This document shows, in pieces, positions 39,255 through 48,623 of a DNA stretch of 64,000 nt. Both the position numbers and the translations under genes were made by a program. The stretch's first letter is position 1; the number at the start of each line of letters is the position of its first letter. Source of the DNA: a virus; the IMG/VR virus record IMGVR_UViG_3300025718_000002, positions 1 to 64,000 of that record; one strand, written 5' to 3'. The notes beneath the pieces were generated by a model, which worked only from the letters and a program-made list of their open reading frames with translations, searched no databases and was not told the DNA's origin.

Positions 39255-40802
39255 ATGGCAGATTATTATGGTAGTAAACATCAAGTAGTTCAAAATAATG
39301 GACTAGGATATCAACTTGGAAATCTCCTAGGTTCAATGGGTGCAAATAGAGTACAGCAATTGCAAGATGCTGATTACTATAAACAGCAAGCATTACAAGC
39401 ACAAGCAGAGATTGACGCAGAGAAGCAAAAACAGAGTAGCATGGCTAACTTCTCCGCAAATGGTGGAATTGATTCTGGTATAGGTGGTGGTAGAAATACT
39501 ACAGCTATTGATGGTATTTACAATACTGCACAAGCTAACCTAAATCAAAAAACAGCAGATCAATTTGGAATGGCAATAGACCCTACTAATGCACAAAAAC
39601 AAGCTAAAGCAAATAGCCCTATGGCTAATATTGTTAATTTTGATAGTAATGGTCAGGATATCCAGCCTAACTATGATTTTAAAACACCTTCCTTAATTGC
39701 TCAACCATCATCTAAGGCAGTACAAGAATCTCAATCTCTAGGCAGTAATGCTAATGCACAGCAATTAGCCTCTGTAATGCCTAGTAAGGCAAGTATCCAG
39801 TCAGAAAATGATGTACAGAGAAATAACGCAATGGCTAAAGCAACATTGTCTGGTGGATTGCTAGGTAGGGGAATGAGTGACATTCAAAGGAAAGACCTAG
39901 GAAGTCATTACGATAAACTACTAGATAATACTTGGAGTGAGCATAAGTCTAACTATATACAGAAAATTGCAGATCAATTAAAGGGTGATCGTGATGCTGG
40001 GTTAACGCCAGAGGAACAAATGACACACGCCACTACTTTAGGATTAAAGGCACAGCAATTAGGTATTATGAGTCTAGCAGATGCAAGAGCATTAGCAGAG
40101 TCGCCAGATGTTCATGAAGAGAAATCAGTAGATGATAATGGTCAGGGATGGACACAAAAGGTTACAGCTAAAGGAACACCAATAGCTGGAAGTAAAGTTA
40201 AAGTTAATCTTAGTGAACAAGAAAAAGCTAACTTAGAACATACTAGAGCAAGTACAGATAATGTTATTTCTAGCACAGCTAATAATTGGGCAATGGCTAA
40301 TGGTACAGGTGGACACGCTCCAAGAGGTACAGGAACAGGAGTAGCGCAAACGCCAAGTTCTATAGACCTATATGTAGCTGGAAAGAACAAAAATCCTAAG
40401 AAGCAAGCAGAATCTTCTGCTGTGTATAGTGAACTACTCAAACAAGCCTCAACTATGAACTATGGTAGAGATCAACAAGAGGTATTAAGACAAGCATACG
40501 AACATGCGAAAGATGCTGGTATCCCTCATGATACTATGGATAATGATCTATCGTATATTGTTAATCAAAGTGCATCAAACGCAAGGGCTAACGTAGGACA
40601 ACAAAGTCAACCAGCAAGTCCAATGGCTAGTATAATTGGAAATTCCCAGCCAAGTTATCAGTCAGCACAATATGGTACGGAGTCTAATGATACTATGTTA
40701 CAGCCACAAAATAGAACTGTAGGTAGCTTCTTTGAAAACCTATTTAGTCCATTCAGAAATAACGCATCTCAATATGATGAATATGGTAGACCTAAACAAT
40801 AA
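39255..40802 (+). CDS. Q/N/A-rich internal virion protein candidate
   Basis: ORF track. It lies before the giant protein, in the manner of podovirus core proteins. Confidence 0.45.
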   Translation: MADYYGSKHQVVQNNGLGYQLGNLLGSMGANRVQQLQDADYYKQQALQAQAEIDAEKQKQSSMANFSANGGIDSGIGGGRNTTAIDGIYNTAQANLNQKTADQFGMAIDPTNAQKQAKANSPMANIVNFDSNGQDIQPNYDFKTPSLIAQPSSKAVQESQSLGSNANAQQLASVMPSKASIQSENDVQRNNAMAKATLSGGLLGRGMSDIQRKDLGSHYDKLLDNTWSEHKSNYIQKIADQLKGDRDAGLTPEEQMTHATTLGLKAQQLGIMSLADARALAESPDVHEEKSVDDNGQGWTQKVTAKGTPIAGSKVKVNLSEQEKANLEHTRASTDNVISSTANNWAMANGTGGHAPRGTGTGVAQTPSSIDLYVAGKNKNPKKQAESSAVYSELLKQASTMNYGRDQQEVLRQAYEHAKDAGIPHDTMDNDLSYIVNQSASNARANVGQQSQPASPMASIIGNSQPSYQSAQYGTESNDTMLQPQNRTVGSFFENLFSPFRNNASQYDEYGRPKQ

Positions 40803-40839
40803 TTAAAATAAACACTTCTCTAAAAGAGAAGTTAATGGA

Positions 40840-43800
40840 GTGATATATTTGGCATCAACTAAACAACCTAAAGACTATACAGACCATACAAATGACTATA
40901 TTAGTGGTCTATATAAAAGCGCAAATGAGAGTACAGATCTCCCAGAACCAATCCAATACCAACAACCACAGCAAGAACATGGTATTTGGGATAACTTAAA
41001 AGCTGGTGGAGGTAGCTTATTATCTACAGCAGGTGGTCTTGCTGAATGGGCTGGTGCTACAGATATAGGAAACTCTATGCAGGATATTGGTAATAAGTAT
41101 TTCGAGGATAATGCAAGCCAAAGAACAACTCCATTTTCTGCCTCTGAAATTGTTGATCCTAACTCACAGTTTTACAAAGGTCTTGCTCAGTCAGTAGTCC
41201 CAATGATTCCAGTAGTTGCATCTTCTATATTAACTGAGGGTGCAACTTTACCATACCTTTTAGGTGGTAGAGCATTATCATCTTTAAGCGCACTAGAAAA
41301 AGCTAAAGTATTAGCGCAAGCTGGTTTAGCAAGTGGTGCAGTAGGTGGTACTGTAATGTCTGGGGAGTCTGCTGGTAGTATGTTTAATAAAGTAAAAGCA
41401 GAAGAACTAGCTAATCCTAATGCCCCTAAAGACTCTTATGGAAATACTATGTATTATGATAAAGCTAGTGATAGTGCAAGTAAAGATTTTCAATATCAAT
41501 TGCCAGTTAATATGGCATTATCAGCTTTTCAAACAGCTTTACCTTTCACAAGAGCAGAAAGTATGATTGGAAATATGGCTAAACAATACCCAATATCCAC
41601 AGGTCTAGCCAAGACTGCCCTAGCTGGTGGTGCTGGTGGACTTCAAGGTGCTGGTATGGTTTATGCTGATGATATGGCACAAGGTAAGAAATTTGATCTT
41701 GGATCAGATGAAACTAAAGAGGCAATTGCTGGTGGTGCAGTTCTTGGTGGAGCATTACATGGTATACTCAGCGCAGTAAATCATTACGCTACTACTGGAG
41801 ATCCTAGTAAAATAGCTAGTGAGTATGACAATATGGACTCAGCTAGTGTTGCTAAGACTTTTAAAACTAATTCACAATACTTTGATGCTGATAAACTTGA
41901 AGGATACCAAGCACAACTAAAATTAGCTAGGAATTATGAGGATAGTACACATATTATGCGTACTGCATTATCTGAAAATCCAGAAGCTACGGCAAAGGCA
42001 GTACAAGGTAAAATTGATGCAGACCAAGCACACACAGAAAAGGTACGAATAGACGCAGAGAATCAAGTTAGATATAATGAATTCCAAAATCAAGAAGATG
42101 GAAACATTAAACCAGTTAATCATATGATGATTGAAGATCCCACTACTGTTCCTTACGACCAGAGTAACCCTGCACTACTTGGAGAAGGTCAAGGTACTTT
42201 AGGGGATAGACAAAGATTAAATGAACAAGCAGGTCATTTTGCAGACCAACGTGCTAAGTTTAATGATCCTGTAGAGCCAATAAATGCAGGAAGTGGACAA
42301 GATATCCTTCCAGAAAATAATCTTCCTGTAGTGCGTCCAGAGTCACAGCCAGCAATAATTCCACCAGTAGGTTCTGATTTTGTACATATTGGAGATCCCA
42401 AGACTGTAACTGAAACTACTAGACCAGTAAAGACAAATTCACTGTCAACTGATTTAGTTACTAATCACGAAATGATTGGTACTCCTCACACAGAGGGGCA
42501 GGGGGTATTGGTTGGAAGTCCTATAGATTCAAAAGGTCATTTAAGATTTGATGGTGACGCGATTCAGTTAGGTCAAAAATATAACCTAGGAATACCAAAG
42601 TCAGAAAAGGCATTTACTGGATTTATGAAAGTTCTACAGCAGAAACTTATCAATGATGGTGTACATTCTGTACATTTTAATGATGGTAAGTCATGGATTG
42701 TAGATCCTGCCAAGGCTGATGCTGGGCAATTCAAGGGTAAAGTTGAAAAACCACCTACACAGGAGTTTAGACCAGAGCAAAAACCTCCTGTAGTTAAAGC
42801 AGATCCAATTGTAAAACCAGAGCAAAGAACAGTATTTGAAAAGGAAAATCCTTTTAGAAATGGTGATAAGGTTAATGATCCTAAAGGGACTAAATTAACT
42901 ATTACTGATGATTCTCGTCCAGATCAAGTTAAAGTTAAAAGAGAAGATGGTAGAGGGTATTGGATTAAGAGAGATGTTTTAAAGAGAGAAGAATCTGCTA
43001 AAACAGCCATTGTTCCTAAAATTGAGTCAGTTAAGCCAATTGAAAAAGAGGTTATTCCAGAAGTTAAAGCAGAAACACCTAAAAGATCATTTACAGTAGA
43101 TAAGGATGGTCATGTTTATAATGAAGAAGCTGGGCAAAAGAAAATCTCACAAGTTGATCTTTCACCAGAACATAAAACTGTAGTTAAATTAGGTAAAGCC
43201 CTAGGGACTGATGTAACATTCTATCATAATGACAATAAGCAAGATCATGGATACTATTTCAAAGGTAAAGCTTACATTAATAGGAATAGCGAAATGAATA
43301 CCCATTGGGTACTAGGTCATGAGTGGGCGCATCATATGATAGAGAATGATCCTGCTATGTTTAAGAAACTAAGTAAAACACTAGGTATTGACATGAAACA
43401 AGCCCTCCATTATCAAGAAGAATCTGGAAGGAGAGAATTAGGATTCCATGATTCAGAACAAGAAATTGTTGCTAATGAAGTGGGAAATAGTTTCATGAAA
43501 CCAGACTTTTGGGATAAGCTTCATAGAAGAAACCCTGGCTTGTTTACAGAATTAATTAATCATGTTAGAAACTTCTTTAAAGATGTTATGAGTAAACTTA
43601 AAGGCGAAAGACCAGAAAACCAAAGGTTTACTAAAACTCTTACTGAGGTACAAGCTGAGACAGTTATGCGTAGGTTTAATAAAATAGCTAGTGATGTTTT
43701 AAGTGGAGAAACTAAATTAACTGGTAATTATACTAATCCAGAAGTTAAGTACGTCAAGAAGTCTATCACTAGTAGTGCTAAGAAATTTCTAAAGGATGAT

Positions 43801-46308
43801 GTTTCTCCTTCTGCGTTGGCTTTTAAAGAAGCAATTCTTGAGGCTGGTAGAGACACGCAAAGGTTAGTTGCTCCTGCAACTGTTAATAAAAAGACTAGTG
43901 ATACTAGAGGTGTAATCTCCCATAAATTATCTACTAATGAACATAGAATGGATGTTGCCAGAGAGTTAAATAAAACTGGTAAGGAGTATTTTGCAACATT
44001 ATCAAATACTGAAAACCTAGCTATAATTGACAGTATTGAAAATGGCACTAAACACTCAGACCCAATGATTGAGAAATATATAGCTAATATGAGAACTTCC
44101 CTAGATGAAGCTAGGGACAGAGTACAAGCATTAGGAAAGAATAAACTTGCTAACTTTATTGAAAACTACTTTCCTCATATCTGGGAAAGACCAGATACAG
44201 ACGCTAAAGAGTTTATGAGTAAATGGTTATCAAAAAACCCAATGGAAGGGCAAGCAGGATTCTTAAAGAAACGTAGTATTCCAACTACAGCAGAGGGTAT
44301 TGCACAAGGTTTAAAGCCAGTGTCTTACAATCCTGTAGAGTTATCATTGTTAAAGTTACATGAAATGAATAAGTATATTACTGCACATGAGACAATGAAT
44401 GAATTGAAACAGCGAGGGCTTGTTAAGGATATTAAGGTAGGGGAAAATCAGCCTGATGGGTGGATCAAAATAGATGATAAGATTGCAACTAAATATGCAC
44501 CTCTGTTTAAACCTAGTACAGTAGTTGATGGAGTAAGGATTAAAGGGGATGTTAAAGGATACCAGAAACTTACAGTATCTTACGCCCCTAGAGAGGTAGC
44601 AGATCTGATTAACAATCATTTAAGTGCAGGACTAAGGGGTAAATCAAAAGCATTTAGAGGATATTTAGGACTTGCCAATACTCTTAATCAATTCCAATTA
44701 GGTATGTCTGCTTTCCATGCTGGGTTTACTAGCGTAGATAGTATTGTATCAAGGGTAAGCTTAGGTCTGTATAAAATGTCAAAGGGTGATATTGGTGCTG
44801 GCTTTAAAGATGTTTTATCATCTCCATTAGCGTTTATAACCAATCCACTAAAGGGTAATGATGTAATTAAAGAATGGAACAAAGCTGGTGCAGGGCATGA
44901 TCCAATCCTAGGTCAAATAGTAGAGGCATTGCAAGCTGGTGGGGCTAGGGTTAAAATGGATGATTTCTATAAAACTGACGCATGGCAAGGAATGAAGAAA
45001 GCATTTAAAGATGGGAATACTGTAGGTGGCGTAGCTAGAATACCATTTGCTGTAATGGATCAACTAGGAAAACCCATAATGGAGCATTTAGTTCCTAGGC
45101 AAAAGCTGGGAATATTTTATGATCTTGCAAAATATGAGTTAGAGAAAAATCCTATATTATCACAAGATCCTGTTAAACTCAGGGAAACTATGGGTAAGAT
45201 ATGGAACTCAGTAGATAATAGAATGGGGCAAATGGTTTATGATAATTTGTTCTGGAATAAGACTCTAAAAGATGTTTTAATGGCAGGTACACGTTCAGTA
45301 GGTTGGAATTTAGGTACTTGGAGAGAATTAGGAGGTGGGGCTGTAGATTTAACTCAGGCAGTAGCTAAAGGATTAAAGAATAAATCTAAGCCAGAACTAT
45401 CTTATCGCGCTAGTTATACATTAGCACTACCCATGACATTAGCACTCATGGGAGCAACGTACCAATATATGGCAACTGGGAAATCCCCAGAAAGTGCAAA
45501 GGATCTATTTTTCCCTAGGAATGGTCAGTTAGATCCAAAGGGCGTAGAGCAGAGAGTGTCATTACCATCTTATATTAAAGATATTTATGCAATGAAAAAT
45601 GATCCTGTGAAAACAGTATCTAATAAACTACATCCAGCATTAGGATTAATTGCAGAAATGTTGCACAATAAAGATTATTATGGTAAGGCAATTGCTAATG
45701 AAGATGATCCTTTCGTGAAAAGATTTACTGATAGGGTAGCATTTGTAGCTGGTGGATTTATTCCTTTTAGTGTAAAGAACAGTCAACAATCAGACTCAGA
45801 TGCACCATTAATTCAGAAAGTCTTAGGGTTTACTGGCGTAGTTAATGCACCTTCTGATATTAACAAATCTGTAGCTGAGAAGAAAATGAGCGAAATTATG
45901 CAAGCTAAAACTTCTAGTGAGCCAAAAACAGCAGAATCAATGGCGAAATCAGATGCTAAAACATCAATTGCTAGGGCTTTTGCTAAGAAAGATCCAAAGG
46001 CACAAGAGATGCTAGACAAGGGATTATCTGATGGAGTTATTAGCCATTCTGATGCTAAGAAATTGAAAAACACTAAAGATATACCTATTATATCTAGGTC
46101 AGTTAAAGAGCATTTATCATTGCCAGAGGCATTGAAGGTGTACAAACTAGGTACGCCAGAGGAACAAGCTGAGTTGAATCCAATAATGAGAACTAAGATT
46201 GAAAACTTTATGCGTACAGCCTCAAAGAATGATAAAGATGCAGTAAAGGATGATATCGCAAAGTTTGTACAAATTAGTAAAACAGGGAGGTTAAAAGGTG
46301 TTTCGTAA
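40840..46308 (+). CDS. Giant (1822 aa) virion/ejection protein with Zn-metallopeptidase HExxH motif
   Basis: WVLGHEWAHHMIEND lies near residue 825. The protein has extended low-complexity and charged regions. Its position at the end of the structural module fits this role. Confidence 0.6.
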   Translation: MIYLASTKQPKDYTDHTNDYISGLYKSANESTDLPEPIQYQQPQQEHGIWDNLKAGGGSLLSTAGGLAEWAGATDIGNSMQDIGNKYFEDNASQRTTPFSASEIVDPNSQFYKGLAQSVVPMIPVVASSILTEGATLPYLLGGRALSSLSALEKAKVLAQAGLASGAVGGTVMSGESAGSMFNKVKAEELANPNAPKDSYGNTMYYDKASDSASKDFQYQLPVNMALSAFQTALPFTRAESMIGNMAKQYPISTGLAKTALAGGAGGLQGAGMVYADDMAQGKKFDLGSDETKEAIAGGAVLGGALHGILSAVNHYATTGDPSKIASEYDNMDSASVAKTFKTNSQYFDADKLEGYQAQLKLARNYEDSTHIMRTALSENPEATAKAVQGKIDADQAHTEKVRIDAENQVRYNEFQNQEDGNIKPVNHMMIEDPTTVPYDQSNPALLGEGQGTLGDRQRLNEQAGHFADQRAKFNDPVEPINAGSGQDILPENNLPVVRPESQPAIIPPVGSDFVHIGDPKTVTETTRPVKTNSLSTDLVTNHEMIGTPHTEGQGVLVGSPIDSKGHLRFDGDAIQLGQKYNLGIPKSEKAFTGFMKVLQQKLINDGVHSVHFNDGKSWIVDPAKADAGQFKGKVEKPPTQEFRPEQKPPVVKADPIVKPEQRTVFEKENPFRNGDKVNDPKGTKLTITDDSRPDQVKVKREDGRGYWIKRDVLKREESAKTAIVPKIESVKPIEKEVIPEVKAETPKRSFTVDKDGHVYNEEAGQKKISQVDLSPEHKTVVKLGKALGTDVTFYHNDNKQDHGYYFKGKAYINRNSEMNTHWVLGHEWAHHMIENDPAMFKKLSKTLGIDMKQALHYQEESGRRELGFHDSEQEIVANEVGNSFMKPDFWDKLHRRNPGLFTELINHVRNFFKDVMSKLKGERPENQRFTKTLTEVQAETVMRRFNKIASDVLSGETKLTGNYTNPEVKYVKKSITSSAKKFLKDDVSPSALAFKEAILEAGRDTQRLVAPATVNKKTSDTRGVISHKLSTNEHRMDVARELNKTGKEYFATLSNTENLAIIDSIENGTKHSDPMIEKYIANMRTSLDEARDRVQALGKNKLANFIENYFPHIWERPDTDAKEFMSKWLSKNPMEGQAGFLKKRSIPTTAEGIAQGLKPVSYNPVELSLLKLHEMNKYITAHETMNELKQRGLVKDIKVGENQPDGWIKIDDKIATKYAPLFKPSTVVDGVRIKGDVKGYQKLTVSYAPREVADLINNHLSAGLRGKSKAFRGYLGLANTLNQFQLGMSAFHAGFTSVDSIVSRVSLGLYKMSKGDIGAGFKDVLSSPLAFITNPLKGNDVIKEWNKAGAGHDPILGQIVEALQAGGARVKMDDFYKTDAWQGMKKAFKDGNTVGGVARIPFAVMDQLGKPIMEHLVPRQKLGIFYDLAKYELEKNPILSQDPVKLRETMGKIWNSVDNRMGQMVYDNLFWNKTLKDVLMAGTRSVGWNLGTWRELGGGAVDLTQAVAKGLKNKSKPELSYRASYTLALPMTLALMGATYQYMATGKSPESAKDLFFPRNGQLDPKGVEQRVSLPSYIKDIYAMKNDPVKTVSNKLHPALGLIAEMLHNKDYYGKAIANEDDPFVKRFTDRVAFVAGGFIPFSVKNSQQSDSDAPLIQKVLGFTGVVNAPSDINKSVAEKKMSEIMQAKTSSEPKTAESMAKSDAKTSIARAFAKKDPKAQEMLDKGLSDGVISHSDAKKLKNTKDIPIISRSVKEHLSLPEALKVYKLGTPEEQAELNPIMRTKIENFMRTASKNDKDAVKDDIAKFVQISKTGRLKGVS

Positions 46309-46555
46309 GAATTTAATAGGTATTCTGAGTAATTTACCTTTAATTCTAACTGATACACAGGACGTAAAGGATGTTTCCCTCAATAGAGTGATTGCATTAG
46401 TGCTATTTATAGTAATTTTGCTTTCATTCTTTTTTATGTCCTATATTCCTGTAGAGCATATAGATAAGTTTATTATAATGTGGAATAGCCTAGTCGTATT
46501 TCTTGGGACACTAACTGGCATTAATTTGATAAAGAAGTTTGTTCCAAAATCATAA
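46298..46555 (+). CDS. Holin-like membrane protein (2 TM)
   Basis: Two hydrophobic helices are present. It lies immediately before the endolysin. Confidence 0.4.
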   Translation: MFRKNLIGILSNLPLILTDTQDVKDVSLNRVIALVLFIVILLSFFFMSYIPVEHIDKFIIMWNSLVVFLGTLTGINLIKKFVPKS

Positions 46556-46769
46556 CAGGGAGGTATTTATGGAAACTGGAGAGATTAGAGAGGAATTAGT
46601 TAAACTAGCCCCTGCAAGTGTAGTATCAGTAATTTCCCTATTTGGAGTGGCTTTATCAGATTGGGTATGTATTGTAACAATTGTATACATCATCATACAG
46701 TGTATATGTTTAATATATAAAACGTATGGAATATATTGTGAAAGGAAAGAAAATTGTGATAAACAGTAA
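46539..46769 (+). CDS. Holin/antiholin-like membrane protein
   Basis: It has TM helices and a Cys-rich basic C-terminus. Confidence 0.35.
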   Translation: MFQNHNREVFMETGEIREELVKLAPASVVSVISLFGVALSDWVCIVTIVYIIIQCICLIYKTYGIYCERKENCDKQ

Positions 46770-47124
46770 ATATTTTACAGAAGATGAAATGAGATGTAAA
46801 TGTTGTGGTGGACTTCCAGAGAATGGAATGGATCAAACCCTAGTTGATTTACTGGATGCAATTAGGGAACAAGTGGGTAAACCTATTACCCTCTCTTGTG
46901 CCTATAGATGCCCCTCACACAACGCAGATGTTGGGGGTGTGCCAGATAGCCAGCATGTCTTAGGATGTGCTAGTGATTTACTTATCCCAGAGGGTTATAC
47001 TGTAGAAACATTAGCAGAAGTAGCAGAGGAATGTAATGCTGATGGAGTAGGGAGGTATTTTGGAGATGAATTTGTCCACGTTGACACAAGAAGTGGAAGG
47101 ATTGGTGAAACCTTTAGATGGTAA
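46726..47124 (+). CDS. Endolysin, peptidase M15A family (zinc D-Ala-D-Ala carboxypeptidase-like), no cell-wall-binding domain
   Basis: SCAYRCPSHNADVGGVPDSQHVLGCASD matches the SxHxxGxAxD M15 signature. Confidence 0.8.
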   Translation: MEYIVKGKKIVINSKYFTEDEMRCKCCGGLPENGMDQTLVDLLDAIREQVGKPITLSCAYRCPSHNADVGGVPDSQHVLGCASDLLIPEGYTVETLAEVAEECNADGVGRYFGDEFVHVDTRSGRIGETFRW

Positions 47125-47504
47125 AAAGAAGTTTTATATTATTATTACTTGTATTGTCATTGGGATTGTTTGCTGGAACGTGTTCAGCCCATCAAATAAC
47201 AGATCAGGAATTGACGAGGTTAGAACAGATCTTCAATCAATTGGAGCAGAACAATCTACAGCAGGACAAGCAATTGGAGAGAGCAAGTTTATTGTTAACG
47301 AAATCAGAGACACAAATAAATCAGTTAAATACGAAATTGACAGTAGCAGAGCAATCAATAATTCAAGCGCAGACCTCATTACAGAAGGCAAATCAATCCT
47401 TAGACAAGTACGAACAAGAGACTAACAAAGAAATTCGTAAATTGAAACTAGAGAGAGATTTGGTAATTATTGGGGTTATTGCTATGGTTGTGTTGAAAAA
47501 GTAA
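47118..47504 (+). CDS. Spanin-like lysis protein (N-terminal signal/lipobox-like, coiled-coil, C-terminal TM)
   Basis: MVKRSFILLLLVLSLGLFAGTCSA is followed by a long heptad coiled coil. A C-terminal TM LVIIGVIAMVVL is present. The overlapping alternative-frame ORF 47060..47425 is less likely. Confidence 0.4.
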   Translation: MVKRSFILLLLVLSLGLFAGTCSAHQITDQELTRLEQIFNQLEQNNLQQDKQLERASLLLTKSETQINQLNTKLTVAEQSIIQAQTSLQKANQSLDKYEQETNKEIRKLKLERDLVIIGVIAMVVLKK

Positions 47505-47533
47505 AATATTTATTCATTTTATGAATATTTTAC

Positions 47534-47562
47534 TTGACCTTTGTTTGTATTTATGCTATAAT
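47534..47562 (+). promoter_or_regulatory. Strong sigma-A-type promoter (TTGACC-17-TGcTATAAT)
   Basis: Seen directly. A near-identical promoter module occurs at 61926-61954. Confidence 0.65.
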
Positions 47563-47576
47563 GAATCATAGTGTTA

Positions 47577-47656
47577 TTTTAGCACTTATCAAAGAGTAAA
47601 ACGTAAGGTTTACCCCAGAGCGGGGTTCCCTTTACACTCTTTGATAAGTGCTAAAA
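47577..47656 (+). ncRNA. Structured leader or small RNA: 21-bp perfect inverted repeat enclosing a CCCC..GGGG hairpin
   Basis: ttttagcacttatcaaagagt ... actctttgataagtgctaaaa begins about 15 nt after the -10 element. Confidence 0.4.
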
Positions 47657-47902
47657 TATATTTAGAGAAAAATAAGAAGTAGATTTATTTTAGTCTGGGC
47701 TAGGTGATCTTTGACCTAGGAGGTGACTGATATCATTACACTAATAGAATTGTTGTGAAATAACAACCTGAAAGGTGTAACGCATATATGAACCTAGGAA
47801 ATACATATATGTGCCTTTAAATCTTAAATATGACTGCTTTTATTTCTTACTCTGAATTGCCCATTTGTTCCTTGTGCGTAGGTGGTCAAACGCTCTTTAC
47901 AT

Positions 47903-47990
47903 GGAAGGTTGACAGATTGGTAATGTACTGTCCTGCTAAGACAAGGTTTGCGTAACAGCATAGCTGGTTCAATCCCAGCCCCTTCCTCCA
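47903..47990 (+). tRNA. tRNA-like gene, 88 nt (type II/long-variable-arm candidate; anticodon not resolved)
   Basis: T-arm GCTGG-TTCAATC-CCAGC, then acceptor 3' CCCTTCC, T, CCA. The 5' partner is GGAAGGT. The D-arm is ACAG/CTGT with a GG loop. The anticodon arm folds poorly. Confidence 0.5.
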
Positions 47991-47991
47991 T

Positions 47992-48067
47992 CGCCCTATA
48001 GTACAATGGTTTAGTACGGAGTCCTTATAAGGCTTTAATTATGGTTCGATTCCATGTAGGGCAACCA
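47992..48067 (+). tRNA. tRNA, 76 nt, anticodon UAU (Ile-type)
   Basis: D-stem GTAC/GTAC. Anticodon stem GAGTC/GGCTT with G-U pairs and loop CTTATAA. T-arm TATGG-TTCGATT-CCATG. Acceptor GCCCTA/TAGGGC, discriminator A, CCA. It begins 1 nt after the previous tRNA. Confidence 0.65.
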
Positions 48068-48124
48068 AACCAACATAGGCTGTAAAAGGTCTTTTGGATA
48101 TCCCCCTCAAAACAATATAGGCTA

Positions 48125-48571
48125 GTGGATTATACTTATCGCAATGATGGGTATAATCCACATATTGTTATTTATAAGGAGAGATTTATAATGGCAAGTT
48201 ATTATGTTATGAATAAAGATAAGAGTGTTATCCCAGCAATTGGTGTTATGTCTTGGAGTATGAACATGGAAAAACTTAGAGAAAGTGGGGATCTTCAAGT
48301 TGGTAGAAATATAGTTAATGGTTATTTAATCTCAACTGTATTTTTGGGGCTAAATCATAGATGGGGTAAAGGTGATCCACAAATATTTGAGACTATGATA
48401 TTTAATGAAGAAAATGGAAGAATGGACTGTTACTGTGAAAGATATTCTACATATCAAGAAGCACTTTCTGGGCATAACTCCATAGTGGATCAGGTAACTA
48501 GAGGTGTGAACATGGACGACCTAGATAGCACTAAACCCCTACAAATGCCCTGTATTGAGACATCTAACTAA
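48125..48571 (+). CDS. Hypothetical protein
   Basis: ORF track. Confidence 0.45.
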   Translation: MDYTYRNDGYNPHIVIYKERFIMASYYVMNKDKSVIPAIGVMSWSMNMEKLRESGDLQVGRNIVNGYLISTVFLGLNHRWGKGDPQIFETMIFNEENGRMDCYCERYSTYQEALSGHNSIVDQVTRGVNMDDLDSTKPLQMPCIETSN

Positions 48572-48584
48572 ACTAATAGTATAG

Positions 48585-48623
48585 GCTAGGATGCCCATTA
48601 TAATCAGTGGTGGGCATCCTAGC
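48585..48623 (+). terminator. Rho-independent terminator (13-bp stem GCTAGGATGCCCA/TGGGCATCCTAGC)
   Basis: Seen directly, followed by T-rich sequence. Confidence 0.65.

Noticed and set aside
47060-47425. 121-aa ORF overlapping both the endolysin 3' end and the spanin-like gene in another frame
   Set aside because: Only one of the two overlapping frames can reasonably be real. The 47118 frame gives a clean signal peptide, a long heptad coiled coil and a C-terminal TM, so it was preferred. It remains ambiguous.
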